Made by a program: the position numbers and the translations under genes
Assembly: GCA_963719495.1 (NCBI GenBank)
Contig: CAVRCI010000002.1
Location: 512,001 to 576,000, forward strand
Direction: 5' to 3'
Length of the DNA stretch: 64,000 nt
From: an uncultured Verrucomicrobiae bacterium
Lineage (GTDB): Bacteria; Verrucomicrobiota; Verrucomicrobiia; Chthoniobacterales; JAATET01
The notes under the pieces: model-generated
Told to the model about the DNA's origin: nothing
Seen by the model: only the letters and a program-made list of their open reading frames with translations
The model's database searches: none
Shown: in pieces, positions 19,606-28,233 of the stretch
Position numbering within the stretch: position 1 is the stretch's first letter
How the letters are laid out: each line of letters starts with the position of its first letter

Positions 19606-20325
19606 AGATCCCGCCATGGTTTCCGCCCGAACCTGCAACGTTGCCGACCGGAGACTCGAGCAGACTTTCGCGGCAGTCCATCGCGATCCCCCAAAAGAAC
19701 ACTATGATCTGGATTTGCTCCAATTCGATGTGGAGGAGCGGAAAGGTGGAGATTTCATCGACGCGAGGGTGGCAAATGAGAATGCGGTCTGCCGTAACAT
19801 GAACGGCGACCTCCAAGCCGACCGAATGATCCCCATATTAGGACGGATTATCACCGCGAATGCGGCTCCACTACGAGAGACCTCCGGGCTCGCCTCAGCC
19901 TGACACAAAGATGAGCTGCTTCGGCTCTTCCCTCGCCATTACGATCTTTGCGTAATGTTGACAATCTTCGTGCCGAGACGAGCTGGTGAGAGTTTTGTCC
20001 GATTGCGATCTGGGCAGCAAATGATCTGATGCTTGAACCTGACGCGCTTGTCGAACCGGCATCGAAATCTACCCAGCTGAGGACGCATATGCGCCTAGTC
20101 GTTCGCAGCGCGTCGCTCTGCAGCGGCGATTTACACGCCATTCTTACCAGAGTAGCGGCGTTCGAGTCCCTTGAACACCCTTCCATTTTTCAAGGCAGTG
20201 GCCCAAGAGTTCGCGTTTGCCGCAGAACACGAACTCTTCGGTTCTGAGCCCGGTTCAGAGTCGATTTCCCTCCAAAAAGCCAGGCCGTCGGTCTGTCAGG
20301 AAAGCGCGCTGAGTATCTTTTCGAC

Positions 20326-20928
20326 ATGCACAGCGGGGCCCGGCCATTCCAAAATCAGCGGGAATTCGAGGAATTCCTGCAAGCGATGGAGGGGGAGTTT
20401 GGGGTTAGAAACCGCGCTCTTGTGACGCTCTCAGCCTACGCCGGGTTGCGGATTCAGTCGGTTTTGAGCCTCAGAATCGGCGACGTTTTCGACGGACATC
20501 GGTTCCGAAAATCGTTCCGTGTCGCGAGGAAAGCGATGAAAGGAAAGCGTGGAAGTTTCGTCGTCCCGCTCCATCCGAGGGCGGCATTCGCGCTCGGACG
20601 GTGGTTGATTTTGCTGCGCAGGCGAGGGCATTCGCTTTCACCCAACGCTCCGATTTTTTGCGGACAGAGGGGGGAAACGAAGGCGGTTTCGGTGCGCATG
20701 ATGCAAAAAGTCCTGAACGAAGTGTCGGGAAAAGTCGGGGCAGAGGGGGGGATTTCAACCCATTCGTGCCGTAAATTTTTTGCGAAGCGCGTGTATGAAC
20801 GAAGTGGGAATTGTCTCGTTACGACCGCTCAAGCACTTGCGCATGGCTCGACTGATCTTCGCACCACGGCTCGGTATCTGGCGTTTCAGATCTCGGAACG
20901 CGCCGACGCCATCGTTCGAAATCTTTGA
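20326..20928 (+). CDS. Small tyrosine recombinase (catalytic domain only, resolvase-like)
   Basis: RNRALV...AGLRI (R), MKGK (K), THSCRK (HxxR), LAH, TTARY (Y). Confidence 0.92.
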   Translation: MHSGARPFQNQREFEEFLQAMEGEFGVRNRALVTLSAYAGLRIQSVLSLRIGDVFDGHRFRKSFRVARKAMKGKRGSFVVPLHPRAAFALGRWLILLRRRGHSLSPNAPIFCGQRGETKAVSVRMMQKVLNEVSGKVGAEGGISTHSCRKFFAKRVYERSGNCLVTTAQALAHGSTDLRTTARYLAFQISERADAIVRNL

Positions 20929-21209
20929 GGAGTCGCGAATCTCGTCACCTTCCACGCAGCTCAGATTCTCGAATTTCGTTCTGATATTTCGACTCGTCTG
21001 CTCACTCAAATCCGTTCGGCCGGCCCAAACAAACTGCGGGAAAATGTCTCGGCATCCTCAAAAATACAAACAGCCGAACTCAATTTTCTTGAGAAACGGT
21101 GGTCTACGACGGCCTGAAATTGAGCGATTGCCAGGACTAGGGCCCGCAAGATTCGGAGTTCTTCCAAGTCTGAATCCCGGAATTTTGCGGCCGGTATCTT
21201 GCCTATACC

Positions 21210-22634
21210 ATGAGCAATTTCACTATTCCCGATGACGAATTGATCGACTGCGGACTGACGCAGTCTCAGCAAGAGGCGTTGGATCAACTGCGCTTTTTCC
21301 ATGAACTTCACGAGCGGCGTGTGCGCAGCATCGCAGGGATTTCGACGCGAGCAACACCGCTCATCGTCGGACCTTCCGGGTCGGGAAAGACCTTTTTAGT
21401 GAGCAGTTTGGCCGTTGAGAAATCGTTGCCGATGTTCGCGATCAACGCGCACAATTGGATTCCGCTTGGCGCACGGAACGAAGGCGCACACACCCTGATA
21501 CAGATCCTTCGGTTCATCGGCAGGCATCCGCGCGGGATCATTTTCATCGACGAGGTGAACAAACTCACTGTCGGACATGCGGCGGAAAGCTCTTGGTGCG
21601 CGGACGTTCTGTCGGAATTATTGGCCTTCCTCGATATGGACGTTCGGCTGGAAACCGCAGGATTTTCCGTCGACCAAATCTATCATCTTTTTGAGAATTT
21701 CTTCGTCATAGGTGCCGGTGCTTTCCAAGGCGAGTGGCGCGGATCTCAGACCCGTGAGATCGGTTTCGCAGAACGATCGGCGTTTCAAGATGCGGAAAAT
21801 TATCGGCGTGCAGTGGAGTCTCAAACACAGGTTGCGGACGAATTGCTGTTCAGATTCAACGAGCAAATCATCACGATTGCGCCGCCGACAGCGGCTGAAT
21901 TTGGAGAGCGAATCCAAACGATCCGAGGTGCTCTGTGCATTCCGGCACTCGGTGAAAGCGAGCTTCGCGCGGTTGTAGCTGAGGCCGTCCAGAGCGGAAG
22001 AATGGTGCGCTGGCTCGAAGGCTACACGGTGCGATGCATGTCAGAAGCCCCAGACGGAATCCGCCGTGGATCGAGTCTCCTCGAAAACCTTAGCGTGCCC
22101 ATGGCGCCACCCTCGGAGTTTGTGCCAGGCAATCTGGACGCAGGAACAAACGCCAAGAATCATCGTCAGGCTTTCACTTCGGCATACCAGGGCTATGTGA
22201 ATGCGTTGCAAGAAATGGAGCCCGCCGCCGTCGCTGCCGAGTTCGCACTCGCAGATCTTTGGCGAACAGCCAAGGAGCGCGAAGAATCGGGGAACGACTG
22301 CACGCTGATCTCTGCGCTATGCGATGCTCGGAAGATATTTCGTGCCTTTATCGGAAAGCCGGATGCGTCGCTGGTTGGCGCGATGCGTTGGTTGGCATGC
22401 CATGCCGGGCTCGTTATGAGCGCAGAATCTGATGAAGACCGTTGCAAGCGAGCGAAGGACATTGATGTTTTGAGCGAGGGTTTGAAACGCGGCCTCATCC
22501 GGTTCCGGGGATGTATTGATGGCGAGGACGTAGCTCCGGAAGTTCGTCCCGCGGTGATCGGATACCTCGTCGCATCGCAACGATTGAGCGCTGCCTGGCA
22601 GATTTTGGCGCAGCTCAGTGTGGATCAGGAGTGA
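21210..22634 (+). CDS. AAA+ ATPase with an uncharacterised helical C-terminal domain
   Basis: Walker A GPSGSGKT, Walker B IIFIDE, GAGAF sensor region, ELLFRF Arg-finger region. Confidence 0.85.
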   Translation: MSNFTIPDDELIDCGLTQSQQEALDQLRFFHELHERRVRSIAGISTRATPLIVGPSGSGKTFLVSSLAVEKSLPMFAINAHNWIPLGARNEGAHTLIQILRFIGRHPRGIIFIDEVNKLTVGHAAESSWCADVLSELLAFLDMDVRLETAGFSVDQIYHLFENFFVIGAGAFQGEWRGSQTREIGFAERSAFQDAENYRRAVESQTQVADELLFRFNEQIITIAPPTAAEFGERIQTIRGALCIPALGESELRAVVAEAVQSGRMVRWLEGYTVRCMSEAPDGIRRGSSLLENLSVPMAPPSEFVPGNLDAGTNAKNHRQAFTSAYQGYVNALQEMEPAAVAAEFALADLWRTAKEREESGNDCTLISALCDARKIFRAFIGKPDASLVGAMRWLACHAGLVMSAESDEDRCKRAKDIDVLSEGLKRGLIRFRGCIDGEDVAPEVRPAVIGYLVASQRLSAAWQILAQLSVDQE

Positions 22635-22693
22635 GGCGTGTTGATGGGGAGCGCTCGCCGAACGTTCCTGTCGAACTCGCGACCAGAGGGTAG

Positions 22694-22766
22694 GTGAGCG
22701 ATAAATCCAGATTTTATAGCTCACAAAATGATTGATAGTGAGCAATAAATCTCCATCTTATCCCTC
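22694..22766 (+). promoter_or_regulatory. Tandem palindromic operator upstream of fic
   Basis: gtgagcgataaa-N7-tttatagctcac (22694-22724) and a degenerate second copy gtgagcaataaa...ttatccctc (22738-22766). Confidence 0.6.
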
Positions 22767-23876
22767 GTGAAAGAGGGGAGATGGAATTGGCAGAAGGCCG
22801 AGTGGCCGAACTTCCGCTTTGATTCCGGACCGTTGGAGAAGGTCGAAAGCGACTTCCTGCTGCAAGCCGGAACGCTCGGGGGGACCTTGAAACACGCAGG
22901 GGACGAAGACAGGCAATCGCTCGTCGTTAGTCTGATCAGCGATGAGGCTGTGCAAACATCCGAAATCGAGGGCGAGATCCTCAATCGGGACAGTGTCCAA
23001 TCCTCGATCCGCAAGCAGTTGGGCCTGCCGACGGATTCCCGGAAAATCTCCCCGGCAGAGCAGGGGATCGCGGAAATGCTCAGCGATCTCTATCAGCATT
23101 CGCAGGAGCCGCTGACCGAGAAAACGCTGTTGAAATGGCACGCGATGCTCACGAACGGCCGCCGAGATCTGCGGGACATCGGAAGATATCGAAGGGGAAA
23201 TGATCCGATGCAGGTCGTCTCCGGGGCTCTGCATGATCCAAAGGTTCATTTCGAGGCACCTCCCGCCGACGCCGTGCCTCGCGAGATGCAGAAATTCCTC
23301 AAATGGTTTCAAGGGACGGGGCCATCAGCCGATCGACCGCTTCCACTCCTGACGCGTGCGGGTATCGCGCACCTCTATTTCGTGTGTATCCACCCCTTCG
23401 AGGATGGAAATGGCCGTGTCGGTCGCGCGATCAGCGAGAAGTCGATCGCCGAATCGCTGGGACACCCGACGCTGATCTCGCTATCTCAAGTGATCAACAG
23501 TCGCCGCAAAATCTATTACGAGCTTCTCGAGCAGAATAACCAGACGCTTGAGATTACCTCATGGTTGGTCTATTTCGCGGTAACCGCCCTGTCCGCGCAG
23601 CTCGCCACGCAGAAAGCCGTCGATCGAATCATCGGAAAGGCCAAGTTTTTCGAGCAATATCGCGGGCGGCTCAACGAGCGACAGGAGAAGGCGATCGTGC
23701 GCATGTTCAGAGAGGTGGACGGATTCCAAGGGGGAATGAGCGCCGACAAATACATCCGGATCACCGCGGCCTCACGCGCAACGGCGACGCGTGACTTGCA
23801 GGAGCTGGTCCGCTTGGGAGCCATGTCGAAAACCGGAATGCTCAAGAGCACGCGTTATCACCTCAATATCGGATAG
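22767..23876 (+). CDS. Fic-family protein with N-terminal DUF4172-like region and C-terminal wHTH
   Basis: WNWQKAEWPNF start; Fic motif HPFEDGNGRVGR; TSEIEGE inhibitory-helix-like motif; SRATATRDL. Confidence 0.93.
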   Translation: MKEGRWNWQKAEWPNFRFDSGPLEKVESDFLLQAGTLGGTLKHAGDEDRQSLVVSLISDEAVQTSEIEGEILNRDSVQSSIRKQLGLPTDSRKISPAEQGIAEMLSDLYQHSQEPLTEKTLLKWHAMLTNGRRDLRDIGRYRRGNDPMQVVSGALHDPKVHFEAPPADAVPREMQKFLKWFQGTGPSADRPLPLLTRAGIAHLYFVCIHPFEDGNGRVGRAISEKSIAESLGHPTLISLSQVINSRRKIYYELLEQNNQTLEITSWLVYFAVTALSAQLATQKAVDRIIGKAKFFEQYRGRLNERQEKAIVRMFREVDGFQGGMSADKYIRITAASRATATRDLQELVRLGAMSKTGMLKSTRYHLNIG

Positions 23877-23962
23877 CGCCCGGGCGATCTCGGAGGAGGC
23901 TGGCGCTTCGACCGCGCATCCCCAATCTCCGCATCGGAGGGCTGGAAAAGGGGGCAGAGGCG

Positions 23963-24034
23963 TGACCTCTTCAACAGAGGCGAGGCAACGTTTTGGTAGT
24001 TTTGTTGCCTCGGCATTAGAGGAGGGGCTTCATG
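23963..24034 (+). repeat. ~70-bp palindromic direct repeat, copy A
   Basis: tgacctcttcaacagaggcgaggcaacg...gttgcctcggcattagaggaggggcttc aligns to 33511-33583. Confidence 0.75.
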
Positions 24035-24159
24035 ACGAAAGCGTCACTTGGGATCTGGCACGCCGCCTGCAAGACATGGATATGTTCTGGGGAAACATCA
24101 GGCCGTCGCAACACTCGTTGCGACGGCCTGCCTTTTTTTGCGGATTCGGCAAACGCGGG

Positions 24160-24393
24160 CTATTTGCCCTTTATTGGGAAGACGTCGTTCAGGCTGACTT
24201 TGAGGCTCTTCATGATTCGCGACAACATGTGAAGAGTCGCAAATTTCTCGCCGCTCACGATGCCATGCAGCATTGATTGCGGAACCCCGGTTTCTTTCGC
24301 CAGTCGAGGATAGCTCCAATCATTCTCCGACATAACCCCGCGAAGAAATTTTCCGAGAGCAATGTCGAGATCTGAGGGAGTCTTTCGAGCCAT
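24160..24393 (-). CDS. XRE-family HTH transcriptional regulator
   Basis: 77 aa; WSYPRLAKETGVPQSMLHGIVSGEKFATLHMLSRIMKSLKVS. Confidence 0.88.
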   Translation of the reverse strand: MARKTPSDLDIALGKFLRGVMSENDWSYPRLAKETGVPQSMLHGIVSGEKFATLHMLSRIMKSLKVSLNDVFPIKGK

Positions 24394-24471
24394 TCTCCAC
24401 CGAGAATGGCGGAATGCATGTTCTCCATGGAGAAAGGTTTGAGCTTGACGTGCCGCGTTCTCTATGGAGAA
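24393..24471. promoter_or_regulatory. Three 14-bp operators (consensus TTCTCCATGGAGAA) in a divergent promoter region
   Basis: ttctccaccgagaa 24393-24406; ttctccatggagaa 24421-24434 (perfect palindrome); ttctctatggagaa 24458-24471; TTGACG at 24445. Confidence 0.7.
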
Positions 24472-24525
24472 TGATCCGATCCTGATGCCACGGTTTGTAA
24501 ATCCAAAGCCGGTATCTTCCAGCGT

Positions 24526-24801
24526 ATGAAAAACAAAAACCTCGCAAGAAACCTCATCGCAGTCGGCCTTGCTCTGGCCATCATCCCATCATTTATGGCA
24601 GGTGCGCTGGAGGAGCAGGGGAGTGGTGTCGCCGGAGGGATCGTGACGATGCTGATGATGCTCGGCGTTTTCGTTTACTTTGGCGGTCTCTGTCTTGTCT
24701 CTCGAAATAAAGGGCGCTCATGGGCGTGGGGTCTGACGGGATTGTGCTGCGTCTTTGGCGGGATGGTCGTCCTCTTCCTCAAACCACGGACGGTATCTTG
24801 A
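24526..24801 (+). CDS. Small membrane protein (about 3 TM helices)
   Basis: Hydrophobic segments; KGRSWAWGL motif. Confidence 0.75.
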   Translation: MKNKNLARNLIAVGLALAIIPSFMAGALEEQGSGVAGGIVTMLMMLGVFVYFGGLCLVSRNKGRSWAWGLTGLCCVFGGMVVLFLKPRTVS

Positions 24802-24850
24802 TCGCATGATCAAGACTCCCGTTTCACTTGCTTCTCGTTCGTCTATTCCA

Positions 24851-25240
24851 ATGAAAGTAGTCGCTTTTTCGCTGCTCTTCGCCTTCTGCATCACGATGCT
24901 TTCGGGGTGCGGCGAGAAAGCGCCGATCAGCGTAAGTTATCTGGGTGAAGACGTGGAGGGCCCCGCCATGCTTAAAATCCGAAACATGTCGAGGGCGCCA
25001 ATCACAATCGACACGGTGAAAGTAAACAACGCCTGGATTGCAAAATCATGGATTCTTAGAGACGAGAACTCCAATCCGCTGGGTTTGTTGGCGGAGGCGT
25101 TCCAAGGCGGGCGGGGATTTCCCGCTAAACTCGAACCCAATCACATCGCAATCATCATTGTGGACACTCGAGCCACGGTCGGTGACGCCTACGAAGCGAC
25201 GATTTCGACCGAAGACGGACTGTGGTCGTTTGAGTTTTAA
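24851..25240 (+). CDS. Hypothetical lipoprotein (alternative start 24806)
   Basis: MKVVAFSLLFAFCITMLSGC lipobox. Confidence 0.7.
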   Translation: MKVVAFSLLFAFCITMLSGCGEKAPISVSYLGEDVEGPAMLKIRNMSRAPITIDTVKVNNAWIAKSWILRDENSNPLGLLAEAFQGGRGFPAKLEPNHIAIIIVDTRATVGDAYEATISTEDGLWSFEF

Positions 25241-25641
25241 CGTCGCTCTTCGATCACGGAGTGGATGCGAGGAAAGTTCGCGGGGGCCGCAGTATGACTA
25301 CTGCGGCGCCTTTTGATTTTTCCGCACGATGGTTCCTTCGGAACCCACCACGAGAGCTGCATCCTTCGTCCCGAGAATTCCGGTGAAGTTCGAATCGGCG
25401 ACGAGAGGCTCGTCGGTCGATGATCAGATCACTCCGGGCACATTCGCGGTAGCGATCATGAGATGCCCTCACCAGGCCATTTAAGAGAGGTCGATGCAGG
25501 CGCCAGCTGGATCAGTAATCCACGACGTTATCCAATGTTCGAAGCGTACCGGGGCATTTGCACCCGGGACGAATTACCGTCGAGTCTTTACAACCCAAGT
25601 CTTTAACGATTTTATCAGCCTGGTTTCAGCCCGGCCAAATT

Positions 25642-28233
25642 GTGCAACCCTCTCCGAACTCCTTCGAGCCATTTCGATTTTATGACCTGGCATCTGGAGA
25701 TTTTGAGAAACTGTGCCGAGCCATTTTCCGCGAATTGGAGGGAGTAGCTGATTCGCTTTGTTACGGAACTCGCGGCCAAGCTGATAGAGGCGTCGATGTC
25801 GTCACGACATTCGTGCACGGCGCAGTTTGGGCGATTCAGTGCAAGGCGTGCGAACCTCGATCCGCGCTTAAACACTTAAAGGAAGCTGTGGCAGACTTTG
25901 AACCGCATATCTCCTTTTGGAAAAAAAAAGGAGTCTCGCGATTCATTGTCGCAATGGGATGCGGTGTGGCAGACACAAAAACCATCGAAGAACGCGACAG
26001 ATGCATCGCGTCATTTGCTGCGCAGGGAATTCAATTAGCGCTTTGGGATAGCGATGAGATTGTCCGTCACCTCTCAGGTATGCGCTCCGTCGCACAGCGG
26101 TATCTTCCAGCATGGGTAACCCTTTCTATTTGCGGGGCTGAAACGCTGATCGACCAGACAAGTGCGTTGTCCACCGACAGGGCTCATAAATTTGAGATCC
26201 CTAGCGAGCTTTCAGCGGAACTCTCGGCAGCGAAAGACGAAGAGCTTGATCATCTTCGTGAGGCAATCCGTTGCGGACAGTCAACCGATGTTGAACTGAA
26301 GTTAAGAACCATGTTGGAGAGCGCAGCCTGGCCAACGCTCAAGCCGTCAACAAAAGGGCGAGTATTTCGGATGCTCTCGACCATTTGCGTGAACTCTGAC
26401 CGGCTGGCAGACGCCCGGGCACTGTTGGAACGGAGCAAGGATGTAGACCCAGCCGGGAAGACGGTTCTAACAGAAATTCCGTTGATTCGCGAAGAGAGAG
26501 GAACAGAAGCGGCATTGGCTTCAATGCCGGAGCCGACGAATCAGGAAGAATTCCACCTTCAAATTGTCCTTATGTTTGGAGTCGGCAAGGTCGATGATGG
26601 CCTCAAAAAGCTCGACGTTGCGCCATTCGGAGTATCCGCCGACACCCATCGCCTCAAGGCACTCGGATTGCTCAGCAAACGCGAGATTGATGCTGCTTCC
26701 GCCGGCATAACGGAAGCTGAATTTGTCGCGCCGAAATGGAAGCTCGTCCGTGAGGCAGCAGCTTACTGCGACTACTTTAGCGCGATTGTTCCGACCTTCG
26801 AAGGTTGGAGCCAATGGGATTGGCCGCTAACCACAGAATGGCATCTTGTAAGGCAAGACAGTCGAAGTGCCGAGTTGCTACGACGCTCCGCGGCGAGATG
26901 GAGTGGTCTCGCTAATGATAGGGAATGTGGCTCCGCGGAATGGCTCAGACGCAAAGGTTGGCAATTGGCATGCCTTGCGAGTGCCAGAGGCGCGGTCGCC
27001 GAGGCGGAAGCTGTCTTGAGCGAGATACTCTCTAAAAATCCTGCCGACGAGGTAGGTATCATTTGGGGTCTCAAGAGAAATCTGAAATTCGATAGGGACG
27101 CTGCGAAGCGCGCCCTTGCTCAAGCCGTAGCGGTGAGTCCTTCTATTCGCGGCGTGCAGGCGCTGTTCAGCGTCTACGTTACCGAACAGGATTTTGACGC
27201 GTCCGGGCGATTACTCGACGAGCACAAAAGCGTCTTCGAGATACCCGAACTTCGCGGCACTTGGGCTTTTCAGAGAGCACAAGTATTCCTCGCAATGGGT
27301 GAGAACCTTTCCGCGAAGAACCTCGCTGCATTACAACCTGAAGCAGAGCGCCTTTATATAGAAGCTGCCTTGGCAAGGGTCGAAGGCATGGCGGCAGGCT
27401 GGACTCCGGAACTCGCTGAGGTCATGGACAAGGAATTCCGTTCGAGCGGCACTCCGGCCTCTCTATTCGCAAGCTGTGAAGCTCATCTTTTTGCCCGCCA
27501 ATTCACCTACGTCTCGGAGCACGCTGACGACCTTCTCGAAAACTTCCCAACAATACCGGCGTTACAACTCGCAATTGAAGGAACGGCGGGAGCAGCGAAT
27601 TGGTTCGCGTGCCTGTCACTAATCGAAAAATGGAGCCATCTCTTTAAAGATGACGAGATTTCTCCCGTCATCAAGCGAACAAGAATTGAATGCCTCCGGC
27701 AATTGGGGCGACTCCCTGAAGCCACTGCTGAGGCGGAAAAAATACAAGCCGAGTTAGGAATTGATGAGCGCATATCGTTGTTTGAGATGCTGCTCAGCGC
27801 TGGAGACGTGGAAAAAGCAATCTCTACGGCGCGGATTATCATGCAGGACCCGGATGCTCATAGCCGGGCACTACTTCACCTTGCCCACCGACTTTTTTCC
27901 GAGAACGTCGAAGTCTCAAAAGCACTAGTCATCGAGGCGCAGAATCGAGGCGCAGTGGACTCCCCGGATATGGCCGCGGCGGCTGCTCATCTCATGATGA
28001 GTCTGAACATGGAGCCTGAAGCAGCACCATTGCTCAAAATTGCGATGGAGGCGGCTTCACAACCCGGTTCAGCGATGAAGCAATTCTCCCTTGCTGAGCT
28101 TCTTCAGATGCAGAGGGACTGGCACCAAAAGCGTGAGGAACTCTTTGGAAACTATCGGGCGGGCTCTCTCACCAATCATGCGTTTGCCATCGGTGCGAGA
28201 GAGTCGTTGGCGGGCCAGTATTACTTTTTCTAA
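25642..28233 (+). CDS. N-terminal part of a giant defence-like protein: Mrr-like restriction endonuclease domain plus TPR-like solenoid (start uncertain, 25558-25642)
   Basis: FEKLC...GQADRGVDV...WAIQCK (PD-QxK REase), then Ala/Leu-rich helical repeats; ends at an in-frame TAA. Confidence 0.8.
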   Translation: MQPSPNSFEPFRFYDLASGDFEKLCRAIFRELEGVADSLCYGTRGQADRGVDVVTTFVHGAVWAIQCKACEPRSALKHLKEAVADFEPHISFWKKKGVSRFIVAMGCGVADTKTIEERDRCIASFAAQGIQLALWDSDEIVRHLSGMRSVAQRYLPAWVTLSICGAETLIDQTSALSTDRAHKFEIPSELSAELSAAKDEELDHLREAIRCGQSTDVELKLRTMLESAAWPTLKPSTKGRVFRMLSTICVNSDRLADARALLERSKDVDPAGKTVLTEIPLIREERGTEAALASMPEPTNQEEFHLQIVLMFGVGKVDDGLKKLDVAPFGVSADTHRLKALGLLSKREIDAASAGITEAEFVAPKWKLVREAAAYCDYFSAIVPTFEGWSQWDWPLTTEWHLVRQDSRSAELLRRSAARWSGLANDRECGSAEWLRRKGWQLACLASARGAVAEAEAVLSEILSKNPADEVGIIWGLKRNLKFDRDAAKRALAQAVAVSPSIRGVQALFSVYVTEQDFDASGRLLDEHKSVFEIPELRGTWAFQRAQVFLAMGENLSAKNLAALQPEAERLYIEAALARVEGMAAGWTPELAEVMDKEFRSSGTPASLFASCEAHLFARQFTYVSEHADDLLENFPTIPALQLAIEGTAGAANWFACLSLIEKWSHLFKDDEISPVIKRTRIECLRQLGRLPEATAEAEKIQAELGIDERISLFEMLLSAGDVEKAISTARIIMQDPDAHSRALLHLAHRLFSENVEVSKALVIEAQNRGAVDSPDMAAAAAHLMMSLNMEPEAAPLLKIAMEAASQPGSAMKQFSLAELLQMQRDWHQKREELFGNYRAGSLTNHAFAIGARESLAGQYYFF

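Noticed and set aside
19610..20325. attL copy of the tRNA-Met 3' end, and several short ORFs
   Set aside because: No match to tggttgcgggagtagg seen by eye; the short ORFs have no recognisable motifs.
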